Source: Planctomycetota bacterium (GTDB lineage Bacteria > Planctomycetota > UBA1135 > GCA-002686595). From it: a stretch of 64,000 nt of DNA. Under the pieces are notes generated by a model. The model worked only from the letters and a program-made list of their open reading frames with translations. It did not search any database and was not told the DNA's origin. The position numbers and the translations under genes were made by a program. Numbering within the stretch: position 1 is the stretch's first letter; each line of letters starts with the position of its first letter. Shown here one piece after another: positions 29,532 through 38,309 of the stretch. The stretch is taken from contig JAWKUH010000006.1 in the NCBI GenBank assembly GCA_041398665.1, positions 130,596-194,595 of the forward strand, read 5' to 3'.

Positions 29532-30374
29532 ATGAGCAGCATCCTTCCCGCCGCCGTCGTCGGTATCGCCAGCGGATCCCTCGCCGCCGTCGCCACGGTC
29601 TTCATCCTCGCGCCCACCCCCGGCGCGGCCCACGAGGCCGCTTCGATCTCGCCGAAGGGCGCCGAGGTCGAAGGTGACGTCCGGGACGTGCTCGCACGCC
29701 ACGACAAAGATATCCGCACCCTCCGCGACGACTTCCAGGTCGCGAACACGAGCCTCGACCAGAAGCTCGACGAGGTGCTCGCCCAGCTCAACCGCCGCTC
29801 GCTCCCCGTCGAGGGGACGACGACCGGCGGCTCCGACGTCGAACTCGCCGCCGCCGTGCGCGACGTCATGACGAACGACGGCGGCACGCTCCTCACGACG
29901 GACCCGACGTTCGACGCCGCGGTCGCGGACGCGATCACGCGGATCGAGGAGCAGAAGCGGGCGGACGAGGCCGAGGCGCGCCGTCAGCGCGAGCTCGACC
30001 AGATCGAGGACCGCCTCTCGAAGATGCGCGACGACCTCGGACTCGACCAGTACCAGGAGTCCGAGATGCGCACGATCATGATCGACAGTCTCGACCGCAT
30101 GACCGAGATCCGCGACCAGATGCGCAGCGGCGACTTCGGTCGCGACGACATGCGCACGCTGTTCTCCGACTTCCGCACCGAGGTCGACGGCAAGGTCCAG
30201 AAGGTCCTCGCGCCCGACCAGTACACGAAGTACCAGGAGTCGAACATGAGCTCCTTCGGCGGCTTCGGCGGCGGACGCACGCGCGGCGGCAACAACGGCG
30301 GGGGTCCGGGCGGTTTCGGCGGCGGAGGCTTCGGAGGCGGCGGCTTCGGCGGCGGCCCCGGCGGAGGGAATTGA
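29532..30374 (+). CDS. Hypothetical membrane-anchored protein with coiled-coil region and Gly-rich (GGFGGG) C-terminal tail
   Basis: Start MSSILPAAVVGIASGSLAAVATVFILAP (TM). Tail GGFGGGRTRGGNNGGGPGGFGGGGFGGGGFGGGPGGGN. Followed by a weak hairpin at ~30396-30413. Confidence 0.5.
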   Translation: MSSILPAAVVGIASGSLAAVATVFILAPTPGAAHEAASISPKGAEVEGDVRDVLARHDKDIRTLRDDFQVANTSLDQKLDEVLAQLNRRSLPVEGTTTGGSDVELAAAVRDVMTNDGGTLLTTDPTFDAAVADAITRIEEQKRADEAEARRQRELDQIEDRLSKMRDDLGLDQYQESEMRTIMIDSLDRMTEIRDQMRSGDFGRDDMRTLFSDFRTEVDGKVQKVLAPDQYTKYQESNMSSFGGFGGGRTRGGNNGGGPGGFGGGGFGGGGFGGGPGGGN

Positions 30375-30547
30375 CCGCTCCCCGGTGAGAACCGTCCCCG
30401 CGCGAATGCGGGGATGAAGAGCGGCGTAGGGCTCGCTACCCTGGCGCCGGCGCGACGACGCCCGACCCTCCGGTCGGGCGTTCGCATTGGAGGCGCGCTC
30501 TCCGCGCGTCGCCTCGCACGTCGCACCGCTGTCAGGAGGAGGTTCCC

Positions 30548-31171
30548 GTGTCGGCTCTCGCCCAGCTCTTCGCCTCGCCCTTCCTCTCGCTCGGGTGGTT
30601 GCCCGAGGAGTGGTCGATGTATGCGGCGTACTTCGTGTGCGCCGTCGTCGGCGGGACGATCCTCCTGCTCCAGATCGGACTCTCGCTCCTCGGTCTCGGC
30701 GACCACGACGTCGACGGCGACGGCATCGACGCCGACCACGACTTCGACCACGAGCACGGCGCCGGGCTGCCCGTGCTGTCGATCCGCGCGATCACGAGCG
30801 CCCTCCTGATGTTCGGGCTCGTCGGCATGATCGGGTCGACGGAGGAGTGGGGGACGGCTCCGACCATCGCCCTCTCGAGTCTGTCGGGGCTGACCGTGCT
30901 CCTGCTCGTGGCCTGGGTCATCAAGCTCCAGATGAAGCTGACCCAAAGCGGCTCCGAGGACCCGCGCCTCGCGGTCGGATCCGTCGCACGGGTCTACCTC
31001 CGGATCCCCGCGCGCAACGAGGGGCGCGGGAAGGTCACCGTCGAGATCCAGGGACGCAGCGTCGAGTACGACGCCTTCACCAACGGCGAGGCCATCCCCA
31101 CGGGAGCGCGCGTGCGCGTCGTCGCGCTCGCCGCTCCCGCCTACTTCGAAGTCGCCGCGCTCGAGGAGTAA
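30548..31171 (+). CDS. NfeD-family membrane protein (short form, C-terminal OB-fold)
   Basis: TM helices then OB-fold-like GSVARVYLRIPARNEGRGKVTVEIQGRSVEYDAFTNGEAIPTGARVRVVAL. Immediately upstream of the flotillin gene. Confidence 0.75.
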   Translation: MSALAQLFASPFLSLGWLPEEWSMYAAYFVCAVVGGTILLLQIGLSLLGLGDHDVDGDGIDADHDFDHEHGAGLPVLSIRAITSALLMFGLVGMIGSTEEWGTAPTIALSSLSGLTVLLLVAWVIKLQMKLTQSGSEDPRLAVGSVARVYLRIPARNEGRGKVTVEIQGRSVEYDAFTNGEAIPTGARVRVVALAAPAYFEVAALEE

Positions 31172-31177
31172 CTCGCC

Positions 31178-32824
31178 ATGAACGCTCTCTCCATGCCTTC
31201 CTTCGCAATGCTCGCACAGATCGACTCGGGCGCGCTGTGGGTCGTCCTCCCGGTGGCGTTGGTCGTCATCGCCGTCGGACTGATCCTCACCGTCGTCACG
31301 CGCTACAAGCGCTGCCCCTCGAACCGGATCCTCGTGATCTACGGTCGCACGGGCAAGGGGCGCAGTTCGCGCACGCTGCACGGCGGCGGTGCGTTCGTGC
31401 TGCCGCTGGTGCAGGACTACCAGTACCTGAACCTCGATCCGATGCAGATCGAGATCCCGCTCGAGAACGCGCTGTCCTCCGAGAACATCCGCATCTCGGT
31501 GCCGAGCGTGTTCACGGTCGCGATCGGGACCGAGCAGTCGCTCATGAACAACGCCGCGGTGCGTCTGCTCGGGCTCAAGACCCCCGAGATCATGAAGCAG
31601 GCCGAGGACATCATCTTCGGTCAGCTCCGCCAGGTCATCGCGGGCATGGGCATCCAGGACATCAACCGCGACCGCGACCTGTTCCTGACGAACGTGCAGG
31701 CGGGTCTCGAGCCCGAACTCGCGAAGATCGGCCTCGTCCTGATCAACGTCAACATCAAGGACATCACGGACGAGTCCGGCTACATCCGAGCCATCGGTCA
31801 GAAGGCCGCGGCCGAGGCCATCCAGTCCGCGCAGATCGACGTCGCCGACCAGGAGCGTCGCGGCGCGATCGGCGTGGCGGACGCCGAGAAGGAGCGCGCC
31901 ATCCAGGTCGCGAACGCCCAGAAGCTCCAGCTCATCGGCACCAAGGAGGCGGAGCGCGAGCAGATCGTGCGCGTCGCCGAGCTCTCCAAGGAGCAGACGG
32001 TCGGCGAGAAGACGGCCGAGTTCGAGCGCGACGTCCAGGTCACCGACGCGCAGCGCGAGATGCGTATCCGCGTGGCGGAGGCCAACGCGCGCGCCGTCGA
32101 GGGCGAGAACGAGTCGAAGGCGGCGATCGCGCGCACGAACGCCGACCTGCGCATCCAGGAGGCCGAGGCGTTCCAGCGCTCGGAGACGCGCAAGCGCGAG
32201 GCCGACGCCGCGGTGCGCGAGGCGCAGTACCTCGCCGAGGCCAAGGCGGCCGAGGCGCAGGCGAAGAAGCTCGAGGCCGAGAAGCGCGCCGAGCTCGAAG
32301 CCGTCGCGAAGGCCGAGAAGGCGCAGACGATCGTCGACGCGGAGGCCGAGGCGGCCAAGCGCAAGATCGCGGCCGAGGCCGACGCCGCGGCGATCTTCAT
32401 GCAGCTCGAGGCGGAGGCGCGCGGTCAGTACGAGATCCTCGCCAAGAAGGGCGAGGGTCTGAAGGCCATCGTGCAGAGCTGCGGCGGCGCCCAGCAGGCG
32501 TTCCAGATGCTCATGCTCGAGCACATCGAGGCGCTGTCGCGCAACGCCGCGCAGGCCATCAGCAACATCAAGTTCGACAAGGTCGTCGTCTGGGACGGCG
32601 GCACCAAGGACGGCAAGAGCGCCACGAGCAACTTCCTCCAGAACCTCGGCGCGACGATCCCGCCCGTTCTCCAGATGATGCGCGACATCGGCGGCGTCGA
32701 GATGCCGGAGCACTTCGGCAAGCTGATGGAGGACGAGATCGTGCCGAAGCGCCGCAAGGGCGGCTCGGACGAGAAGTCGGAGAAGTCGTCCGAGGCCTCC
32801 GCCGGGAGCGCCGGCGAGGCGTGA
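31178..32824 (+). CDS. Flotillin / SPFH (band-7) domain protein
   Basis: N-terminal TM, SPFH core, long EA-rich coiled coil (AEAKAAEAQAKKLEAEKRAELEAVAKAEKAQ), flotillin-like C-terminus. Confidence 0.85.
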   Translation: MNALSMPSFAMLAQIDSGALWVVLPVALVVIAVGLILTVVTRYKRCPSNRILVIYGRTGKGRSSRTLHGGGAFVLPLVQDYQYLNLDPMQIEIPLENALSSENIRISVPSVFTVAIGTEQSLMNNAAVRLLGLKTPEIMKQAEDIIFGQLRQVIAGMGIQDINRDRDLFLTNVQAGLEPELAKIGLVLINVNIKDITDESGYIRAIGQKAAAEAIQSAQIDVADQERRGAIGVADAEKERAIQVANAQKLQLIGTKEAEREQIVRVAELSKEQTVGEKTAEFERDVQVTDAQREMRIRVAEANARAVEGENESKAAIARTNADLRIQEAEAFQRSETRKREADAAVREAQYLAEAKAAEAQAKKLEAEKRAELEAVAKAEKAQTIVDAEAEAAKRKIAAEADAAAIFMQLEAEARGQYEILAKKGEGLKAIVQSCGGAQQAFQMLMLEHIEALSRNAAQAISNIKFDKVVVWDGGTKDGKSATSNFLQNLGATIPPVLQMMRDIGGVEMPEHFGKLMEDEIVPKRRKGGSDEKSEKSSEASAGSAGEA

Positions 32825-33789
32825 GGTCGTTCGCACAGTGGGCGGCGGCGATCGCACTGGCGGTCGCCGCCGCCTGTGCGCACACGCGACCCGCGGAGGA
32901 GCCTGCGATGGTGGAGTACGAGACTGCGTCCTGGCGTCCGCTCTGGGACTACGGCGATCCGGCGGGCAGCGAGGAGCGTCTCCGCGACGCCGCGGTGCGA
33001 GCGGGCGACACCGAGCTCCGGCTCGAGATCCGGACGCAGGTGGCTCGCGCCCTCGGGCTGCAGCGTCGCTTCGACGAGGCCTTCGCGGAGCTCGCGGCGG
33101 TGGAGTCCGAGGCGGCACCGGCGAGCGCGCGGCTCGAGTCGCTCCTGCACCTCGAACGCGGCCGCACGCTGCGGTCGAGCGGCGACGTCGACGCGGCCCG
33201 GCCCGAATTCGTCGCGGCCTTCGAGGCGGCGCACCGCGCGCACCTCGACTACCTCGCGGTCGACGCCGCGCACATGCTCGGGATCGTCGAGCCCGGGGAC
33301 GCGGGCCTCGACTGGAACGCGCGCGCGCTCGACGTCGCGGCGACGAGTCCGGACCCCGCGGTGCGCGGCTGGGCCGCCGTGATCGCGAACAACCGCGGTT
33401 GGACGCTGTTCGACCTCGGGCGCTACGAGGAGTCGCTCGCGAGTCTCGAACGCGCGCTCGTGCTCCGGCGCGAGCGGCCCGAGCAGGAGGAGCCGATCCG
33501 CATCGCGCGCTGGTGCGTCGCGCGCCTCCACCGAGCGCTCGGCCGGAACGAGGAGGCGCTCGCCGAACAGCGGGCGCTCCTCGCGGAGTACGAGGCGCTG
33601 GGCGAGCCGAGCGGCTACGTGCACGAGGAGCTCGGCGAGCTCCTGCTCCTCGCCGGGGACGTCGACGCCGCCCGGCCGCACCTCGCCGTGGCCCACGAGC
33701 TGCTCTCGCAGGATCCCTGGCTCGTCGAGAGCGAGCCCGCGCGCCTCGAGCGGTTGAGGTCGCTCGCGCGGGGGGAAGAAGGGAAGTAG
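32821..33789 (+). CDS. TPR-like repeat lipoprotein, hypothetical
   Basis: GTG start overlapping flotillin stop (GTGA). Lipobox LAVAAAC. Helical repeat-like composition. Confidence 0.5.
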   Translation: MRSFAQWAAAIALAVAAACAHTRPAEEPAMVEYETASWRPLWDYGDPAGSEERLRDAAVRAGDTELRLEIRTQVARALGLQRRFDEAFAELAAVESEAAPASARLESLLHLERGRTLRSSGDVDAARPEFVAAFEAAHRAHLDYLAVDAAHMLGIVEPGDAGLDWNARALDVAATSPDPAVRGWAAVIANNRGWTLFDLGRYEESLASLERALVLRRERPEQEEPIRIARWCVARLHRALGRNEEALAEQRALLAEYEALGEPSGYVHEELGELLLLAGDVDAARPHLAVAHELLSQDPWLVESEPARLERLRSLARGEEGK

Positions 33790-33794
33790 GCGAG

Positions 33795-34050
33795 GTCCGG
33801 TGTCGAGGGTGCGCGGCCTGCCGGCCGCGCGGGGAACGCGCGCCGCTTCGCGCCGCGCGGGAGAACACAGCGCGCCGCTTCGCGCCGCGCGGGAGAACAC
33901 AGCGCGCCGCTTCGCGCCGCGCGGAAGGAACCACCGAGCACACGGAGCACACGAAGAAGAGCCCTTCGTGTTCCTCCGTGTGCTCCGTGTTTCCGCGGCC
34001 CGCAGGGCCGCCGGGTCCGGCCTTCGTTCCGGTGTCGAGGCGTGCGCGCG
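33795..34050. repeat. Intergenic repeat element copy C: three tandem ~32-bp units (cgcgccgcttcgcgccgcgcgggagaacacag) followed by a ~54-bp palindrome (cacacggagcacacgaagaa...cttcgtgttcctccgtgtgctccgtgt), flanked by near-identical ~20-bp direct repeats tccggtgtcgagg(c)gtgcgcg
   Basis: Tandem units at ~33837-33934; palindrome ~33937-33990; flanking direct repeats at ~33795-33815 and ~34027-34050. Between convergent genes. Confidence 0.6.
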
Positions 34051-34066
34051 GTCGACCCACCGCACC

Positions 34067-35005
34067 TCACCGTCGCCGTTCGCGCGACGGTCGGCTCGAT
34101 CCGTTCGTCCCCACGAAGGTGAGCCACCGCCCGCGCCGCCGCGTCTCGCGGATCTCGAGACCGACGTGTTCGATCGCCCTCGCGGTGTCGGGGCCGTGCC
34201 GGTCGAGGCAGCCCGAGAACACGAAGGTGCCGCCGGGACGCAGGCGCGCGGCGAGGTTCGCGGCTTCCTGCTGGACGACGTCGGCGTAGATGTTCGCGAG
34301 GACGACGTCGAATTCGCGGTCGCCCTCGCCGAGGACGGAGAAGTCGCCCGTGAGGAACCGACAGCGTTCGGCGACGCCGTTCGCCGCCGCGAGCTCCGCG
34401 CCCTCGACCTCGCTCCTCGGGTCGACGTCGAAGCCCATGGCGCTCGCCGCTCCGAGCAGCGCCGACGCGACGGCGAGGATGCCCGTCCCCGTGCCCGCGT
34501 CGAGCACGCGAGCACCGTCGAGGTCGCGCTCCTCGAGCGCCATCAGACACTGGCGCGTCGTCGCGTGGCGCCCCGTGCCGAACGCGCCGGCCGGCTCGAG
34601 CGCGAGGCGCACGTCGCTCGCGCGCAACGGCCGCGCGAAGTCGTGCGTCACGACCGCGAGTCGTCCCACGCGGAACGGCTTCCACGTCTTGCGCCAGCTC
34701 GTCGCCCAGTCCTCGCGCGGGAGGGGGTGGAACGTCGGACGGAGCTCGGCGAGCGACGCGTCACCCGTCGTGTCGGCGAGCGACCGGAGCGCCGCCGCGA
34801 TTCGCTCGCGCAGCTCCGGACCGTCGTCGCCCGCGGAGTAGAAGGTGCGCACGTAGTCGCTCCCCTCCGGTGCCGCGTCGACCGCGAGGTTGGGGCGACC
34901 GAACGCCACCGACGTGCACGGTCCGAGCGCCAGCACCTCGGCCACGAGTTCGTGCCACGCGAGCGGCGCGACGACCCGCACCTCGACCCAGTCGGAATTC
35001 GTCAC
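34067..35005 (-). CDS. prmA: Ribosomal protein L11 methyltransferase
   Basis: GTG start. WRKTWKPFRVGRLAVV, GTGRHATTRQCL, SAM-binding VLDAGTGTGILAVAS. 312 aa. Confidence 0.85.
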   Translation of the reverse strand: MTNSDWVEVRVVAPLAWHELVAEVLALGPCTSVAFGRPNLAVDAAPEGSDYVRTFYSAGDDGPELRERIAAALRSLADTTGDASLAELRPTFHPLPREDWATSWRKTWKPFRVGRLAVVTHDFARPLRASDVRLALEPAGAFGTGRHATTRQCLMALEERDLDGARVLDAGTGTGILAVASALLGAASAMGFDVDPRSEVEGAELAAANGVAERCRFLTGDFSVLGEGDREFDVVLANIYADVVQQEAANLAARLRPGGTFVFSGCLDRHGPDTARAIEHVGLEIRETRRRGRWLTFVGTNGSSRPSRERRR

Positions 35006-38000
35006 AGCCAGGTCTCCGAGAAGTCGGTGTCGAGTCCCTCCGCGCGCACGCGCTCCTCGATCCCCATGTGCCGCAGGGCCTCGCGGATCGAGTCGTCCGT
35101 GCTCGTACGCGTACAACGCGCACCCGTCCTCTCGCCGTCCGCCGACGCGAGCGGGAGTTCGCGTCCGAACGCCTTGTGACGCGGCTCGGTGAAGCGGCGG
35201 TCCAGCACGAAGACGCAGCCCCGGTCGTCCACGCGCCGCATCAGTCGACCGAAGCCCTGGCGGAAACGCGCCAGCGCGCGCGGCTGGTAGATCGTTCGGC
35301 GCTGTTCCTCGCGACCCATCGCGGCGCACTGCGCGTGGTGGTAGCGGTCGGGCACGCCGTAGGGGAGCTTCGCGATGACGAGGTACTCGAGCGCCTCGCC
35401 CGGGAAGTCCGCGCCGAACCAGAAGCTGTCGACCCCGAGCAACACGGCGCGACCGTGGGTGCGGAAGCGATCGGCGAGGCGCTCCGCGCTCCAGCCCTGC
35501 GCGCCCTGCACGAGCGTCTCGACGCCGTGTTCGGCGAGGAAGGGTGCGATCGTCGCGCCGACGCGCGCGAGGTCGTCGAGGTTCGTGTAGAGCGCGAGCG
35601 TCCGGCCGCCCGTCCGAGCCGCGAGGTGCGCGACGAGACGAGCGCCGTGCTCGAGCCAGCCGCGCTTGTCGCTGCGGTAGTCCGGCACGTCGTCGGGCGC
35701 GAAGACGCGCACGCGGCCGTAGTCGAACGACTCCGGTGCCGCGTGGTCGGACACGCGCACCGGCTCGCGCTCCTCGTCCTCGTCCGGCGCGGCGGCGCGC
35801 GCGAGACCGAGGTAGCGGCGCGCGTCCTCGAAGCCCCCGCGCAGCAGCGTCGTCGCCGACAGGAGCACGCCGCCCGCGAGCTTCGGGTAATGGAAGCGAC
35901 CGAGGTACTCGTGCGGCAGGAGGACGCGCGTCTCGAGCGCGAGGTCGCCGTCGGGGCGCTCCTCGACGTCGTAGAAGGTGCCGCGGTCGAACGCGAGCGC
36001 ACCCTCCTTCAGCGGCAGCCACGGCGCGATCGCGTCGAGCAGCTCCTCCACGTCCGTGCGCGTGTCGTCGAGCTGGAAGCGAATGCGTTCGCGCCGCGGG
36101 ACGCGCACCTCGAACAGTCCCTCCGACAGCGCGCCGAGCGCGACGGAGAGTTCCTGCAGTGCGCGGCACAGTTCGCCGTGCCCGGAGAGGAGCTTCTCCG
36201 CCTGCTCGAGTCCGGCGTCGCCGCGTTCGCCGTCGACGCCGCTCTCCACGTACTCGCGCAACAGCCCGTGGTCGTCGCCGTCGCGCCGTTCGTGCTGACG
36301 CTCGCGCCGCCAGCGCGCGAACTCGCGGCACGCGCTCCCGAGTCGGGTCAACGCGCGGCTGCCGCGGGTACGCGCCTGGAACGCGCGGTCGAGCTCGGAC
36401 TCGGCGGAGCCGAACGCGAGCATCCCCGAGACGGACCGCCGCAGCGTGTCGAGCACGCCGCGCCCCCGGCGCGAACCGCTCAGGTCGTCGAGCAGACGCT
36501 TCGCGCGCGACAGCGAGACGGAGCGCGAGAACGCGCCGTGCGCCTGGTCGTGGAGGTGCTCGCACTCGTCGAAGACGACGTGCCGGAAGAACTCGGGGCG
36601 CGCGAGCGCGAAGGCGTGGTTCGTGACGACGCCGTGGCTGCGCTCCGCCTTCTTGCGCGCGGCCTCCGCCGCGCAGCGCAGGCGGTCGCCCGGTCGGTTG
36701 CAGCAGCTCGTCCGTGCGCCGAGCGAGCGGCGCAGGAGCTCCCACTCCACCTCGACGCCGTCGACGTCGGCGAACGGGTCGATGCCGTTGCGCGGCACGC
36801 GGTCGAGGTCGCCGTCGGGACTCGTCAGGGAGAAGGCGAGGAGGTTGCACCATGCGAGCCAGCGCGCCGCTCCGTCGGCCGGTCCCGGCGCGAGCGACAG
36901 CAGTGCGCGCCAGCACACGTAGTTCGCGCGCCCCTTCAGCACCGCGACCTTCGGCAGCGGGTCGACGCCCGTGCGCTGGAGCAGTTCGAGCGCGATCGGC
37001 AGGTCGCGGTCGAAGGCCTGGCGTTGGAGCGCCTTCGTGAACGTCGCGAACCCGAAGCGGATCCCGTTCCTCTGCGCGAACAAGAGTCCGGGCACGAGGT
37101 ACGCGAGCGTCTTGCCCGTCCCGGTCGGCGCGTGCAGCAGCAGCAGTTCGCCGGTGCCGAGCGACGCCGCCACGTGCTTCGCCACGTCGACCTGCGCGGG
37201 GCGCGCGGACATCGGACGGCCGCGCGCCGTCCGTCCGCCGCCCATGTTCGGCAGCACCTCGGCGAGCGCGCGCTCCACGCGATCGCGGTCGGCGTCGTCG
37301 AGAGGCACGACGTCCTTGTGGTCGGGCGGTATCGGCGCGCCCTGCGGGTCCTCGGCCCACGGCGGCGACGCTTCCGCGAGCGCCATGTCGAGGTCTCCGA
37401 ACTCGCCGCGCGCGCCGACCAGGCGACCGTCCACGACGTCGACGTCGGCGCCGAGCACGCTCTCGCCCGCACCGGCCCAACCGCTCGGACGGTCGACGAG
37501 TCGCGCGAGGAGCGTCAGGCGCCGCGCGACCTCGGGTGCCGAGGCGGCGAGTCGCGCACCGGCTTCCTCCCACGAGCGCGCGATGCAGCCCAGGCTCGCG
37601 AGCGGCAGCGACTGGATCTCCGCGACGAGGGCGCGCGTCGCGCGTTCGAGCGCGAGCGGTGCCGCGTCGTCGAGCCCGCCGCGCACGCCCGCGCGCTGCG
37701 TCAGGAGCCGTTCGAGGTCGCTGCCCAGTCCGCCGGGCGAGAGCCAGGCCGCGAGGTCGTCGAGTCCGACGACGACCTCCGCGGCGACGGCGACGCCGCG
37801 ACCCCCCAGTGCGCGCAGGAACGGCTCGCGCCGCGGGACGACCACGACGGCGCCGCGGAGCACCTCGGCGAGCTCCCCGGCCCCCTCACCGGTCGCGGTG
37901 CGGACGGCGGTGCCCGGCTCGAGCACCTCGAGCCCATCCGGCGTCGCCCGCGCGAACACGGTCGGGACGCCGCGCGCGCGACGTGCGGAGACGGGCTCCG

Positions 38001-38151
38001 TTCCTTCCTCCAGTCGTTCGATCAAGGCTGCCTCGGCTCCGTGCGACGGCGGAGGGTAGGTCCGAGGCGGCCCCGGCGCACCTCCGCGCGGGAGGAAGGA
38101 CCCCCCAGGTCGGCGCCGGTGTCGCTGCGGTTCCTCACGAGTCGTCGGCAA
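35002..38151 (-). CDS. DinG/Rad3-family ATP-dependent DNA helicase with ~330-aa N-terminal extension of unknown function (start uncertain)
   Basis: Walker A LLHAPTGTGKTLAYLVP, DEAH-like VVFDECEHLHD, helicase C-terminal motifs (LLSATT, FVLDRR). First ATG of ORF at 38151; an internal TTG near 38034 is an alternative start. Confidence 0.75.
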   Translation of the reverse strand: MPTTREEPQRHRRRPGGSFLPRGGAPGPPRTYPPPSHGAEAALIERLEEGTEPVSARRARGVPTVFARATPDGLEVLEPGTAVRTATGEGAGELAEVLRGAVVVVPRREPFLRALGGRGVAVAAEVVVGLDDLAAWLSPGGLGSDLERLLTQRAGVRGGLDDAAPLALERATRALVAEIQSLPLASLGCIARSWEEAGARLAASAPEVARRLTLLARLVDRPSGWAGAGESVLGADVDVVDGRLVGARGEFGDLDMALAEASPPWAEDPQGAPIPPDHKDVVPLDDADRDRVERALAEVLPNMGGGRTARGRPMSARPAQVDVAKHVAASLGTGELLLLHAPTGTGKTLAYLVPGLLFAQRNGIRFGFATFTKALQRQAFDRDLPIALELLQRTGVDPLPKVAVLKGRANYVCWRALLSLAPGPADGAARWLAWCNLLAFSLTSPDGDLDRVPRNGIDPFADVDGVEVEWELLRRSLGARTSCCNRPGDRLRCAAEAARKKAERSHGVVTNHAFALARPEFFRHVVFDECEHLHDQAHGAFSRSVSLSRAKRLLDDLSGSRRGRGVLDTLRRSVSGMLAFGSAESELDRAFQARTRGSRALTRLGSACREFARWRRERQHERRDGDDHGLLREYVESGVDGERGDAGLEQAEKLLSGHGELCRALQELSVALGALSEGLFEVRVPRRERIRFQLDDTRTDVEELLDAIAPWLPLKEGALAFDRGTFYDVEERPDGDLALETRVLLPHEYLGRFHYPKLAGGVLLSATTLLRGGFEDARRYLGLARAAAPDEDEEREPVRVSDHAAPESFDYGRVRVFAPDDVPDYRSDKRGWLEHGARLVAHLAARTGGRTLALYTNLDDLARVGATIAPFLAEHGVETLVQGAQGWSAERLADRFRTHGRAVLLGVDSFWFGADFPGEALEYLVIAKLPYGVPDRYHHAQCAAMGREEQRRTIYQPRALARFRQGFGRLMRRVDDRGCVFVLDRRFTEPRHKAFGRELPLASADGERTGARCTRTSTDDSIREALRHMGIEERVRAEGLDTDFSETWL

Positions 38152-38309
38152 TGCGACGCAAGTCGTTGCCCTGGCGTGGTTTGCATGGTGCTCGCCGGGC
38201 CGCCGTCGCGCGCGCGCGGCGCGGCGCCGACTTGGAACCCGCCGCCGCGATCTGGTAGCGGTGTACGGCTCGGTCCGCCGGACGAACGCCCAGAGAACCC
38301 CACCCGCAC

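Noticed and set aside
33795-34050. The ~20-bp direct repeats flanking repeat copy C as a target-site duplication of a MITE
   Set aside because: A closely related sequence (acgtgtcgaggcgcgg) sits at the edge of copy B, so the repeat is more likely part of the element terminus. 20 bp is also unusually long for a TSD.
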